Shown: one piece after another, positions 9,795 to 19,847 of the stretch | Layout of the letters: each line of letters starts with the position of its first letter | Position numbering within the stretch: the stretch's first letter is position 1 | Source: Longimicrobiales bacterium | Lineage (GTDB): Bacteria > Gemmatimonadota > Gemmatimonadetes > Longimicrobiales > Gaopeijiaceae | Direction: 5' to 3' | NCBI GenBank assembly: GCA_965116905.1 | Contig: OZ220732.1 | Location: 1,536,001-1,600,000, forward strand | Length of the DNA: 64,000 nt | Position numbers and translations under genes: made by a program | The notes under the pieces: model-generated | The model's database searches: none | Told to the model about the DNA's origin: nothing | What the model saw: the letters and a program-made list of their open reading frames with translations, nothing else

Positions 9795-12757
9795 GCCGCG
9801 GGCGTTCGGGGGGGAGCCGCCTGCCTCCGGGGCCCACGTGCCGCGTCGACTTCTCCCGCCCGCTCGAGTTCACCTTTCTGGACCGGGAGATGACCGGGTA
9901 CGCGGGCGACACCGTGGCCTCCGCGCTGTACGGCGCCGGGGTGCGGATCTTCGGGCGCAGCCTCAAGTACCATCGCCCCCGAGGCCTGTACAGCATGGAA
10001 GGCGAGTCGGCGAACACGCTGATGTCGATCGACGGGGTCCCGAACGAGTGCGCGGAGACCACGGCGCTCCGCGCGGGGATGGCGGTGGGGCCCCAGAACG
10101 TGCGCGGCGACCCCGGGAGGGATCGCTTCGGCTTCCTCGACGCGTTCGACCGATTGATGCCGGCGGGATTCTACTACCATCTCTTCCATCGTCCGCAGTT
10201 CCTCTGGCCGCTGTTCCAGTCCGGTCTCAGGCGGATGGCGGGCACCGGGGTTCTCGATCCGCAGGGGGACTACGGGAACGGGGTTCGGGCCGAGCGCTAC
10301 CTGAACGCCGACGTGGTGGTGATCGGGGGCGGTCCGGCGGGCATGGCGGCGGCGCTCGCGGCCGGCGAGAGCGGGCTCAGGGTCTGTCTCTTCGAGCGGC
10401 GCAACCAGCTGGGCGGACACCTGGCCTGGCGGGTTCGGGACTTCGAAGGCGAGCCCCTGTACCGGCGAGCCGAGGCGCTTGCCGCCCGGGTGCGGGCCGC
10501 GGAGCATGTGAAAGTTTTCACAAGCTCGCTGGCCACCGGCATCTGGGGGGAGAACCTGGTGACGGGATTCACGGTGGGCACGGAGGACGACCCCTTTCGG
10601 GAATGCCACTGGGAATGCCGGGCGGGGACGGTGGTGGTCGCCGCCGGGTGCATGGACAGGCCGCTCGTGTTCAACCACAACGACCGTCCCGGCGTGATGC
10701 AGGTCGGCACGGCGTGGCGACTGGCGCGCACGTACGGGGTTCGCCCGGGCAAGTCGGTTGCATTCAGCGTGGCCGACGACCTGGGCCTCGAGGCAGCGAT
10801 CGATCTGGACGATATGGGCGTTCGAGTCCGGTTCATTGCGGACGCCCGCGAGTCCGGATCACAGGATCCGAAGATCTTTCAGTCCCTCAGCGACCGCGCG
10901 ATCCCCTTCTTCCCGGGGTGCGCCGTCTCTCGGGCGGTGGGTGGGAAGCGTGTGAGGGGCTGCGTCCTTCGCTCTCTCAAGGGCCGCGGGTCCCGCCGCT
11001 TCCGTTGTGACCTGCTGGTCGCGAACGGGGGGATGCAGCCCCGGATCGGGACCCTCGCGACGGCCAACGCCCGGCTCGCGTACTGCCCGCACACCCACGG
11101 ATACCAGCCCACCGATCTGCCGCCGGGAGTATTCGTGGCGGGAAGCATGACGGGGCTGCGCGATCCGCGTTCCATCGAAGCCTCCGGGCGGGTTGCCGGC
11201 TACGGAGCGGCGGGGTGGTGCGGGGACCGGGACAAGGGTGGTGTGCGGGCCGCCGAGGCCGCCGTGCGGGAGGCGAAAGCCCTGCCCGGCCCGCCAGCCG
11301 GCTGCGGGATCATCCATGCCCCCGCGATCGGCCGCGGCGCGAAGGCGTTCGTCGATCTCGACGAGGACGGCACCTACAAGAACGTGAAGGAGTCGATGGC
11401 CCGGGGGCTGGACGTGCCGGAGCTGGCCAAGCGCTTTGCCGGTTTCGGGCTTGGACCGGGCCAGTACCGGGTCGCGGGCCAGAACCTGGCGATGATCATG
11501 GCCGACCTGAAGGGCGACTCGGTGGAGACGGCGCGTGCGACCACCGTGCGCCCGCCGCTGGGCGCGCCAAGCATCGCGACACTGGCGGGGCCGGGCCACG
11601 ATGTGCACAAGCGGACGCCGGTGCACGCCGAACAGGCGCGGCAAGGGGCGACGTTCCGCCGTGCGGGGTCCTGGCAGCGGGCCCGCCACTTCGGCGACGA
11701 TCCGTCCTGCCGCGAGGAGATCCGGAACGTGCGCACCAACGTCGGCATCCTCGACAGTTCGCCGCTCGGCAAGTTCCGTATCCACGGCCCGGACGCGCTG
11801 AAGGCGCTGCAGCGGGTCTACATATCCGACATGAGCAAGGCCCGCCCGGGCTATTGCAAGTACTCGGCGATGTGCAACGACATGGGCCAGCTCATGGACG
11901 ACGGTGTCGTCGTTGCTGAAGGCCCGAACGACTACTACTTCACGACCAGTTCGGCGCGCGCGGGGGCGACCGTGGAATGGTTCCGCTTCCACACCCGACA
12001 CGAGGGCTGGGACTACAACCTCGTCAACCTCACCGACGTGCTGGGCTCGCTCAACATCGCCGGGCCCCATGCGCGCAAGGTGCTGGAGCGGGTTACCGGC
12101 GACAACGTCTCGAACGAGGCGTTTCCATACCTGGCGTGCCGGCGGATCACCGTCGGCGACGGGATCGAGGCGCGCTGCTTGCGGCTCGGATTCGTGGGCG
12201 AACTGTCCTTCGAGCTGCACGCGCCGGCGAGTTGCGTCCCGTACCTGTGGGATCTGCTGATGGAGGCGGGGGCCGACTTCCGGGTCCGGCCGTTCGGTCT
12301 GGAGGCACAGAACTGTCTGCGAGCCGAGAAGGGGCACGTGATCATCGGGACGGAGTCGGAGCAGCGCGTCACCCTGACGGACATCGGGATGGGGTGGATG
12401 TGGGACCGCGACGACACGGCCTCGAAGAAGGTGGGCGCTCCCGCGCTGCGGGCCTGCGAGCGGCAGCCGGGCCGCTTGAAGCTGGTAGGACTCCGGGTGG
12501 AGGAAGGGGGGGACGCTCCCGAGGACGGGACGCTGGTGGTGGACGGGGAGAAGATCGTGGGATACGTGTGCACGACGCGCAGCAGCGAGGCGCTGGGGTG
12601 GCAATACGGCCTGGCGCTTGTGCACAGGGAGCATGCCTTTCCGGGGCGGCGGATCCATCTCTGCCACGAGGAGACGCCGGGAGAGCGTGTGACTTCCACC
12701 GCCTTCGTGATATCGCCGCACTTCTACGACCCCCGGGGACAGAGACTGCGCTCATGA
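9791..12757 (+). CDS. soxA: Sarcosine oxidase alpha subunit (NAD-binding + GcvT-like domains)
   Basis: GTG overlapping the soxD stop; GDTVASAL, RSLKYHRPRG, DVVVIGGGPAG, GELSFELH, PFGLEA, LRAEKG. Confidence 0.9.
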   Translation: MSRGRSGGSRLPPGPTCRVDFSRPLEFTFLDREMTGYAGDTVASALYGAGVRIFGRSLKYHRPRGLYSMEGESANTLMSIDGVPNECAETTALRAGMAVGPQNVRGDPGRDRFGFLDAFDRLMPAGFYYHLFHRPQFLWPLFQSGLRRMAGTGVLDPQGDYGNGVRAERYLNADVVVIGGGPAGMAAALAAGESGLRVCLFERRNQLGGHLAWRVRDFEGEPLYRRAEALAARVRAAEHVKVFTSSLATGIWGENLVTGFTVGTEDDPFRECHWECRAGTVVVAAGCMDRPLVFNHNDRPGVMQVGTAWRLARTYGVRPGKSVAFSVADDLGLEAAIDLDDMGVRVRFIADARESGSQDPKIFQSLSDRAIPFFPGCAVSRAVGGKRVRGCVLRSLKGRGSRRFRCDLLVANGGMQPRIGTLATANARLAYCPHTHGYQPTDLPPGVFVAGSMTGLRDPRSIEASGRVAGYGAAGWCGDRDKGGVRAAEAAVREAKALPGPPAGCGIIHAPAIGRGAKAFVDLDEDGTYKNVKESMARGLDVPELAKRFAGFGLGPGQYRVAGQNLAMIMADLKGDSVETARATTVRPPLGAPSIATLAGPGHDVHKRTPVHAEQARQGATFRRAGSWQRARHFGDDPSCREEIRNVRTNVGILDSSPLGKFRIHGPDALKALQRVYISDMSKARPGYCKYSAMCNDMGQLMDDGVVVAEGPNDYYFTTSSARAGATVEWFRFHTRHEGWDYNLVNLTDVLGSLNIAGPHARKVLERVTGDNVSNEAFPYLACRRITVGDGIEARCLRLGFVGELSFELHAPASCVPYLWDLLMEAGADFRVRPFGLEAQNCLRAEKGHVIIGTESEQRVTLTDIGMGWMWDRDDTASKKVGAPALRACERQPGRLKLVGLRVEEGGDAPEDGTLVVDGEKIVGYVCTTRSSEALGWQYGLALVHREHAFPGRRIHLCHEETPGERVTSTAFVISPHFYDPRGQRLRS

Positions 12758-13467
12758 CGCCCCATTCCTCCGGCGGTCCCGGCGTTCCCGGCGGTCCCGG
12801 CCGTCCCCCGGCCTTCCGCCGCTCGCCCTGCTCGTTTGGCGCGAAGCCCGCCGAGACCGAGGTGCGCGACGGCTGGGAGGTCGTCCTGCGCTATGAGGGC
12901 GAGGGTGGCCACTCCGGTCGCGAGGACGGCCATCCAGGAGCGGGTCCCTGGCTCGTCGACCTCAGCCACCGGCGGCGCTGGGACTTTCAGGACGGCGGCG
13001 TGGCGGGCCTGAGGCCGATGGGGTTGCCCGTTCCAGAGGGATTCGGCCAGGTGGGCGTGCACCAGGGCCTCGTCATCAACCGCATGAACCGTACGCAGGT
13101 CGCGATCTGGCACCTGGGAGCGGCGCCGGCGCCGGACACGCCCGCGGAAACCGGCTTCACGGAGGTCACCGACGGACACTGCATGCTGGCCTTCGTCGGC
13201 GACGGGGTCCCCGAAGTCCTGGAACACCTGACGTCCCTGGACCTCTTCGACCCGGCCCGCGACATGCCCTTCCTCACCCAGGGACCCGTGCTGCATGTGC
13301 CCTGCCAGGTGGTGACCTTCGCCCCCGACCTCGTCGTGATGACCCTGGCCCGCGGCTACGGCGAGACGTTCGCGGAGGCGGTGCTGGGGGCGGGAGGGAT
13401 CGCCGGGCTGAGGCCGGGGGGTGAGCGGGTGTTCGGGCGGGTGTTCGGGCGGGTATTTGGGGGGTGA
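12754..13467 (+). CDS. soxG: Sarcosine oxidase gamma subunit-like
   Basis: ATGA overlap with soxA; LVDLS, TEVTDG, LTSLDL, ARGYG GcvT-like motifs; operon position. Confidence 0.7.
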   Translation: MTPHSSGGPGVPGGPGRPPAFRRSPCSFGAKPAETEVRDGWEVVLRYEGEGGHSGREDGHPGAGPWLVDLSHRRRWDFQDGGVAGLRPMGLPVPEGFGQVGVHQGLVINRMNRTQVAIWHLGAAPAPDTPAETGFTEVTDGHCMLAFVGDGVPEVLEHLTSLDLFDPARDMPFLTQGPVLHVPCQVVTFAPDLVVMTLARGYGETFAEAVLGAGGIAGLRPGGERVFGRVFGRVFGG

Positions 13468-13516
13468 AACGTTTCAGGTGAAACGCTGACCCCCGGCAAT
13501 CCCGCCAGCCGCCAGC

Positions 13517-15841
13517 CTACGGAATCACTTCCCGCTCCCGCCCCGTCAGCCCCAGCAGGTGCTCCTGGAAGTAGCGCCGCCGGGCCGCGTCCGTGAACGC
13601 CGCGCTCTGGCCGGTGAACCAGTGCGGCTGCTCCGGCACCACGATCAGGTCGTGCGGCTTTCCGGCCCGGATCAGCGCCTCGACCAGCTTCATCGTGGCC
13701 GAGAATGTGGCGTTGACGTCGCTGGTCCCATGGATCAGCAGCAGCTTCGCCTCGAGCTGGTCGGCGAGGCGCAGGCTTGACCCGTAGTCGTAGCCCTCGG
13801 GGTTCTCCCAGGGCCGGTCCATGTAGGGTTCGATGGCCCACGCGTTCTGGTCGTGGATGTCGTAGACGCCGTTCACCGCGACGCCGACGTCATAGAAGTC
13901 GGGCTCGAGCACGAGCGCCCGCACGGTCATGTATCCGCCCCATGAACCGCCGTGGATCCCGACGCGGTCGAGGTCCATCCATGGTCGGGTGGCCGCGGCG
14001 TTCTCCATCGCAGCCCGGTGGTCGGGGATCTCGTTGCGGCCGAAGTTGCGGTAGGCCACGTCCTGAAACGCCTTGCCGCGCTCCGTGGTGCCGCGCCCGT
14101 CGACCATGAACACGACGAAGCCCAGTTGCGCCAACGCAGCCTGGCTCAGGCCGCGCCCGTCGGTGAACGTCTTCGGGACCCAGCTGATGAAGGGACCGTT
14201 GTAGATGTAGTCGATGACCGGATAGCTGTGGGCGGGGTCGAAGTCGTGCGGCTTGTAGATCACTCCGTACAGGTCGGTCTCGCCGTCGGCTGCCTTGACG
14301 ACGAACTCCTCGGGGGGGATCCAGCCGAGCTCGTCCAGCGCGCTCACGTCGGCCTCGGTCACGAGGTGCACGAACTCTCCGTCCGCCGTGCGCACCTCCG
14401 TGCGGGGTGGGCGGCTGGTGCTGGAATGCGTGTCGACGATGTATGCGCCGTTCGGCGACACCGTGGCGCTGTGCTGACCCTCTCCTTCCGTGAGGCGGAC
14501 CACGTCCCCGCCGTCGAGCGAGATGCGGTAGAGGTGCGTGTCGTACGGCCTCTCCTCCTCCATGTGTCCGGTGAAGTAGACGTGTCCCGCGGCCTGTTCG
14601 ACGTGAACGATCCCGAGCACCGGCCACTCGCCGGCGGTGAGCCTGCGGATGAGCCGGCCGTCCATCCCGTACAGGTAGATGTGGTCCCAGCCGTCGCGCT
14701 CGCTGATCCAGAGGAAGCGCTCGCCATCCGCGAGCGGACGGGCCAACGCGCGCCACGACGGCGAGGTGCTGATCCCCTTGATGAAGGTGGGCTGCGTCTC
14801 TTCCAGCACGACGCGGGTGTCGCCCGTGGCGGGGTCGGCGGCGACGAGGTGCAGCGTCTCGTAGCTTCGGAACATCCGCAGGAACAGGTACGCCGACCCG
14901 TCCGGCAGCCACCCGACAGGGCTCAGGATCTGCTCGTCCTCTCCGACGTCGACCTGGACCGCGCGGCGCCCGACGACGTCCACGATGTGCAGTTCCTGGC
15001 GCGGCATCGGATTGCCGGCCTTCGCGTACGGCGCGTACTCGACTTCCTCCGTCTGCTTCAGCCAGTGCAGGATCGGCACCCGTTCCATGTGGCGGCTGTC
15101 CTGTTTCATGGCGGCGACCCGCGCCCCGTCCGGAGCCCACATCGCGCCCTCGACGCTCCACGCGTAGTCCTCCTCGCCGTCTTCCATGACCGGATGCTCA
15201 CGGCCGTCGAAGGTCGCGCGCGCCCAGAGGCCGTGGTCCTTCTCGGTGAGCAGCCAGCGGCCGTCCGGCGAGGGGACCTCCATGACCGCGGGCGCCCCGC
15301 TGGTGAAGCCCTCGCGCACGACCCGGGGAGCCGCGCGCGCCGCGGCCTCGGATTCCGCAGCCGGCCGGGGGGTGACCGTGTAGCTGTCGAGATCGAGTTC
15401 GAAGGCGCGGTCCTCCACCGTGAACTGCACGATGCGCTCGCCCTGGCCCGCGCCCTCGCCCGCGAACGTGAAGCTGTCGAAGGGGAGGCCCGCGTACGGC
15501 GGCTCATGCCCCAGCGCGGGGGTCAGCGCCTCGCGAAGCCGTTCCGTGTCGAAGAGGGGCTCGGTGACGCCGGCGGCGGGATCGGTGCGTTGGATCACCG
15601 TCTGGTCGGGCTGTCCCTCGGCGAACCAGAAGCTCTGGCCGTCCGCCATCCAGTTGACGGCGCACGCGGCCGCACCCAGGGGCCCGGCGTCCGGACAGAT
15701 CACCCCGCCCTCGATCAGACTCGGGATCGCCATGTAGCGAGCGTACATCTCGTCCCGCTCCGGGTCGAGCGATTCCTGGGCGGCGGCGGTGGCCGGCACG
15801 AGAGCGCCGAAAAGAGCGAGGAAACAGGCGGCGAGGCGCAT
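13517..15841 (-). CDS. S9B dipeptidyl-peptidase IV family peptidase, secreted
   Basis: ATG 15841 after GGAG; signal peptide; GIHGGSWGGY nucleophile, HGTSDVN Asp, EQPH His. Confidence 0.9.
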   Translation of the reverse strand: MRLAACFLALFGALVPATAAAQESLDPERDEMYARYMAIPSLIEGGVICPDAGPLGAAACAVNWMADGQSFWFAEGQPDQTVIQRTDPAAGVTEPLFDTERLREALTPALGHEPPYAGLPFDSFTFAGEGAGQGERIVQFTVEDRAFELDLDSYTVTPRPAAESEAAARAAPRVVREGFTSGAPAVMEVPSPDGRWLLTEKDHGLWARATFDGREHPVMEDGEEDYAWSVEGAMWAPDGARVAAMKQDSRHMERVPILHWLKQTEEVEYAPYAKAGNPMPRQELHIVDVVGRRAVQVDVGEDEQILSPVGWLPDGSAYLFLRMFRSYETLHLVAADPATGDTRVVLEETQPTFIKGISTSPSWRALARPLADGERFLWISERDGWDHIYLYGMDGRLIRRLTAGEWPVLGIVHVEQAAGHVYFTGHMEEERPYDTHLYRISLDGGDVVRLTEGEGQHSATVSPNGAYIVDTHSSTSRPPRTEVRTADGEFVHLVTEADVSALDELGWIPPEEFVVKAADGETDLYGVIYKPHDFDPAHSYPVIDYIYNGPFISWVPKTFTDGRGLSQAALAQLGFVVFMVDGRGTTERGKAFQDVAYRNFGRNEIPDHRAAMENAAATRPWMDLDRVGIHGGSWGGYMTVRALVLEPDFYDVGVAVNGVYDIHDQNAWAIEPYMDRPWENPEGYDYGSSLRLADQLEAKLLLIHGTSDVNATFSATMKLVEALIRAGKPHDLIVVPEQPHWFTGQSAAFTDAARRRYFQEHLLGLTGREREVIP

Positions 15842-15981
15842 GACTGGACTCCAGGTGGACGACAAACGGCAGGAAGGGTCTGGTTCAGAACCCAGCCCGA
15901 AGTCACTATATCGGCGACGTGGTCGCTCAACCAGCCACGCCCCCATCCACTTGCGCCTGCATGACAGCCACCGAGGTCACA

Positions 15982-18366
15982 ATGCCCACGTTCCTTCGCA
16001 GACTCCCACACACCGCGGCCGCGCTCGCCCTTTTGGCCATCGCGGCCCCAGCGGTCGTCGCCCCAGTGCTCGCGGCCCCGCCGCTCGCCGCCCAGCAGGT
16101 CACCGAGAGCGCCTACGCACGCGCCGAGCAGTTCCTGCCCTGGAACGCTTCCAGGCTGATCTCGGGCGATCAGGTCCAGCCCGAGTTCTTCGACGGCGAC
16201 CGTTTCTGGTTCCGCAGCCGCACGGAGTCGGGTCACGAATTCGTCGTGGTCGACCCCGCCGCCGCCACCCGCCGGTCCGCCTTCGACCACGCGCGCTTGG
16301 CCGCCGCTCTGTCCCTCGCCGCCGACACCGCCTACGAGGGGCGCGCGCTCCCCTTCGAGGAGTTCGACTTCGTGGATGGGAACGGCTCGGCGCGCTTCGG
16401 CGCGATCCGCTTCCAGGTTGCCGACTCCGTGCAGTGGACGTGCGACATCGGCGCCTACACCTGCGCCGGACCGACCCGTGCGACCGCGCTCTCCGACGCG
16501 GACCGCCCGTCGCCCGACGGCCGCTGGATCGCCTTCGCCCGCGACGAGAACCTGTGGGTGCGCGATGCCGCCAGCGGGACGGAAACGCAGCTGACCCGCG
16601 ACGGCGAAACCGACTTCGGCTACGGCGCGATCCCCGAAGGGTGCTGCCAGGAGATCACGAGCCGACGCGCCAACCGCGAGCGCTCACCGGTCATGCAGTG
16701 GTCGCCCGACTCGCGCCGCATCGCCACGCACCGCTACGACGAGCGCGAAGTCGAGCGCTTCCACCTGCTCGAAGCCGCCGACGGCCGCCCGATCCTGCAC
16801 TCGTGGGCCTACGCGCTTCCGGGCGACCCGGTGGTCCCTATGTCGGAGCTGTGGATCCTCGACGTCGAGGCCGGCACCTCGGTCCGCGCCGACATCGAGC
16901 CCCAGCCGGGCAACTTCGCTCGCGGAGACACCAGCTTCGTGGACGTGCAGTGGACGGCGGACGGCAGCAGCGTGTTCTACACGCACCGCAGCCGGGACTT
17001 CAGGAGCTACCGGCTCTTCCGCGTGGACGCCGCCACCGGCAGCGCGGCCGAACTGCTGGAAGAGACCGGGCCGACGTACGTCGAACTCAACCAATTCACC
17101 CGCTACGCCCCGGCCTGGCGGGTCCTGGGCGACGGCTCCGAGTTCCTGTGGTGGTCCGAGAGGGACGGCTTCGGACACCTCTATCTCTACGACGGCGAAG
17201 GGAACCTCAAGAACCGCGTCACCAGCGGCCCCTGGCTGGTCGTCGACCTCATCTCCGTAGACGAAACCGACCGCACCGCCTACTTCACCGCAGTGGGCCG
17301 GGAGGAGGGACGCCACCCGTACTTCATCCACCTCTACCGTGTCGGTCTGGACGGCACCGGCCTGCAGCTGCTCAGCTCCGAGGACGCGGTGCACCAGATC
17401 ACGCCCGCCCCGTCCGGCCGCTACTTCGTGGACCAGTACTCGACCCCCGAGACGGCACCCGCCACCGTCGTGCGCGACCGAGCCGGGCGCGCTGTCCAGA
17501 CCATCGAAACCGCCGATATCTCCCGCCTCCAGGACGCGGGCTGGATTCCCCCCGTCCCCTTCGAGGCCAAGGGCCGCGACGGGACCACCAGCGTCTACGG
17601 GCTGCTCTGGTTCCCCTCCAGCTTCGACCCCGACGCGAGCTACCCGGTCGTCGACTACATCTATCCAGGTCCACAGATCGGCGCCGTCACCACGTACGAC
17701 TTCTCGGCCTCCGGCCGCGGAAACGGCCGCGCGCTCGCCGAACTCGGCTTCATCGTCTTCGCGGTGGACGCCTTCGGCACCCCGCTCCGTTCCAAGGCCT
17801 TCCACGACGCCTACTACGGAAACATGGGGGACAACGGCATCCCCGATCACATCTCCGCACTCAAGGAGTTGGCGGGCCGCTACCCGCAGATGGACCTTGA
17901 CCGCGTGGGCATCTTCGGCCACTCGGGAGGCGGCTTCTCATCGACCGACGCGATTCTGCGCTGGCCCGACTTCTTCAAGGTGGCCGTGTCGGGTGCCGGC
18001 AATCACGACAACCGGGGCTATCACTTCCCGTGGGGCGAGAAGTATCAGGGCCTGCTGGTCGAGAACCCGGACGGAACCGACAGCTTCGACAGCCAGGCCA
18101 ACCAGAACCTGGCCGCGAACCTGAAGGGCAAGCTGCTGCTGCACTACGGCACGCTCGACGACAACGTCCACCCCAACATGACGATCCGGGTGATCGACGA
18201 ACTGATCGCCCACAACAAGGACTTCGACATGTTCGTGCTGCCCAACCGGAACCATGGCTACTCGAGCGAGCCCTACGTCGTGCGCCGGACCTGGGACTAC
18301 TTCATCGAGCACCTGCGCGGCGAGGTGCCGCCCAGCGAGTACAGGATTACGGGACCGGGGGGATGA
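15982..18366 (+). CDS. S9B dipeptidyl-peptidase IV family peptidase, secreted
   Basis: ATG 15982 after GAGGT; signal peptide; GHSGGG, GTLDDNVH, NRNHGY. Confidence 0.9.
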   Translation: MPTFLRRLPHTAAALALLAIAAPAVVAPVLAAPPLAAQQVTESAYARAEQFLPWNASRLISGDQVQPEFFDGDRFWFRSRTESGHEFVVVDPAAATRRSAFDHARLAAALSLAADTAYEGRALPFEEFDFVDGNGSARFGAIRFQVADSVQWTCDIGAYTCAGPTRATALSDADRPSPDGRWIAFARDENLWVRDAASGTETQLTRDGETDFGYGAIPEGCCQEITSRRANRERSPVMQWSPDSRRIATHRYDEREVERFHLLEAADGRPILHSWAYALPGDPVVPMSELWILDVEAGTSVRADIEPQPGNFARGDTSFVDVQWTADGSSVFYTHRSRDFRSYRLFRVDAATGSAAELLEETGPTYVELNQFTRYAPAWRVLGDGSEFLWWSERDGFGHLYLYDGEGNLKNRVTSGPWLVVDLISVDETDRTAYFTAVGREEGRHPYFIHLYRVGLDGTGLQLLSSEDAVHQITPAPSGRYFVDQYSTPETAPATVVRDRAGRAVQTIETADISRLQDAGWIPPVPFEAKGRDGTTSVYGLLWFPSSFDPDASYPVVDYIYPGPQIGAVTTYDFSASGRGNGRALAELGFIVFAVDAFGTPLRSKAFHDAYYGNMGDNGIPDHISALKELAGRYPQMDLDRVGIFGHSGGGFSSTDAILRWPDFFKVAVSGAGNHDNRGYHFPWGEKYQGLLVENPDGTDSFDSQANQNLAANLKGKLLLHYGTLDDNVHPNMTIRVIDELIAHNKDFDMFVLPNRNHGYSSEPYVVRRTWDYFIEHLRGEVPPSEYRITGPGG

Positions 18367-18426
18367 ACGCCGGCGGGGGGCTGAACGCCGGCGGGGGGGA
18401 TGCGCCAGGGAAGGGGCGTACGAGCA

Positions 18427-18506
18427 TGTTGCCCCCGGACGTATCGTTGTTAGTTCAGCTTACGAGCTATACTGAACTAACAGCACGACACGTTCCGAGA
18501 GGAACA
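18427..18506. terminator. Long imperfect hairpin between convergent genes (possible bidirectional terminator)
   Basis: Perfect 11-bp inverted repeat TGTTAGTTCAG (18448-18458) / CTGAACTAACA (18472-18482), with further imperfect pairing outward. Confidence 0.45.
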
Positions 18507-18565
18507 CCCACCTCTCGCCGCAGACTCCGGGGCACGCTGTCCCCCCGGGCTAGGGGCCCCGCGGG

Positions 18566-19846
18566 CTAGGGGTTTCCCAGCAACTCTGCGCCCAACCCCT
18601 CGCGGTCCACGGCTACTCCACGCAGATACACCGCATCAATCGCGCGCGTGTTGGTGATGTCGTCGAGCGGGTTCGCGTCCAGCACGATGAAGTCGGCGCT
18701 CTTGCCGGCCTCGACCGTGCCCAGGTCGTCGGCGCCCACGAACTCGGCGGACGTGCTCGTCGCCGCCACGATCACATCGGCCGGCGACATCCCGGCCCGC
18801 ACCATGTCCGCCAGCTCCTGGTGGACCGCCCACGGCGAACCGCCGTCCGTGCCGAAGGACACCGTGAATCCCTCGCCGTGCAGCCGCATCATGTTGCGCG
18901 CCTGGATCCCGAAAAACTCCTGCGCCTCGGGGCGGTCCGTCGAATTGGCGTTCATCTCCGCGATCCGCTCGGCGGGCACCGAACCCGACAGCCAGTCGAA
19001 GGTCTCGGCCACGCCGGGTCCGGGCAGGTTGGGGACCAGCACCACGTGCTGGCGCTCGCGCCACAGGTCGACCAGCTCGTCGTCCACATCCATGTCGCGG
19101 ATCCCGTGCGCGAAGGCGTCGACACCGGCTCGGAGCAGCCCCTTCGCGTCCTCCAGGCGGAACACGTGGGCCGTCACGCGCAAGCCGTTCGCGTGCGCCT
19201 CGTCGATGACCGCGCCGTAGAGTTCGGGCGAGAGGCGTTCGTACTGGCCGCCGCGGTCGTCCACCCAGATCTTCACGATGTCGACCTGCTGGTCCGCCAG
19301 TCCACGCACCGCCGTGCGCGCCTCGTCCTCCGTAGTGACCCAGTGGGGGACCTCGCTTCTGCCCGGCTCCGGCGACGTGATGCCCCGGCCCGCGGTCTGT
19401 GAGCGCGCCGCGTCGGGCATGACCTCGTCGCGCATCTCGAAGGACGCGTCGCCCTCGTCCAGTCCGAGGCTTACCGCCAGTGAGGTCCCGTAGTACGCGG
19501 AGTGCTGGAGCTGCTCGGTCCGTGCCCCGCGTTCGGGATTGAGGTGGAAGTGGGCGTTCACGATGGCCGGCATCACGGTCTTGCCGCTCAGGTCCATGCG
19601 GGCAGCCCCTTCGGGAACCTCCACGTCGCCGGTCGCCCCGACCTCGGCAAACCGGCCGCCGTCCACGACGAAGACGGCGCCCTCGATCACCGCACCGTCG
19701 CCCACGATCACCCGGGCTCCCTCGAAGACGACGGCGCTCGACGCCGGCGCGTCGGATCCGGCTTCGCAGCCGCCCGCCAGCGCAACCGATACGAAGAGAA
19801 GGGGGAACGTCGCCGCAAAACGTGTTCTGCAAGTCGATCCAGACAT
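18566..19846 (-). CDS. Amidohydrolase family protein (lipoprotein-type leader)
   Basis: GKTVMPAIVNAHFH, VKIW, VTAH, FAHG, FGTDGG, GKSADFIVLDANPL; leader ending LAGGC. Confidence 0.85.
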   Translation of the reverse strand: MSGSTCRTRFAATFPLLFVSVALAGGCEAGSDAPASSAVVFEGARVIVGDGAVIEGAVFVVDGGRFAEVGATGDVEVPEGAARMDLSGKTVMPAIVNAHFHLNPERGARTEQLQHSAYYGTSLAVSLGLDEGDASFEMRDEVMPDAARSQTAGRGITSPEPGRSEVPHWVTTEDEARTAVRGLADQQVDIVKIWVDDRGGQYERLSPELYGAVIDEAHANGLRVTAHVFRLEDAKGLLRAGVDAFAHGIRDMDVDDELVDLWRERQHVVLVPNLPGPGVAETFDWLSGSVPAERIAEMNANSTDRPEAQEFFGIQARNMMRLHGEGFTVSFGTDGGSPWAVHQELADMVRAGMSPADVIVAATSTSAEFVGADDLGTVEAGKSADFIVLDANPLDDITNTRAIDAVYLRGVAVDREGLGAELLGNP

Positions 19847-19847
19847 G

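Noticed and set aside
18449..18481. Integron attC site (GTTAGTT / AACTAAC; also GTTAGGC near 63850)
   Set aside because: The boxes are in the wrong order or lack a partner RYYYAAC at a suitable distance; no integron integrase or cassette array
18363..18569. Small ORF starting at the peptidase stop (MNAGGGLNAGGG...)
   Set aside because: Arises from an 18-bp duplication, runs through the hairpin and has no protein-like features
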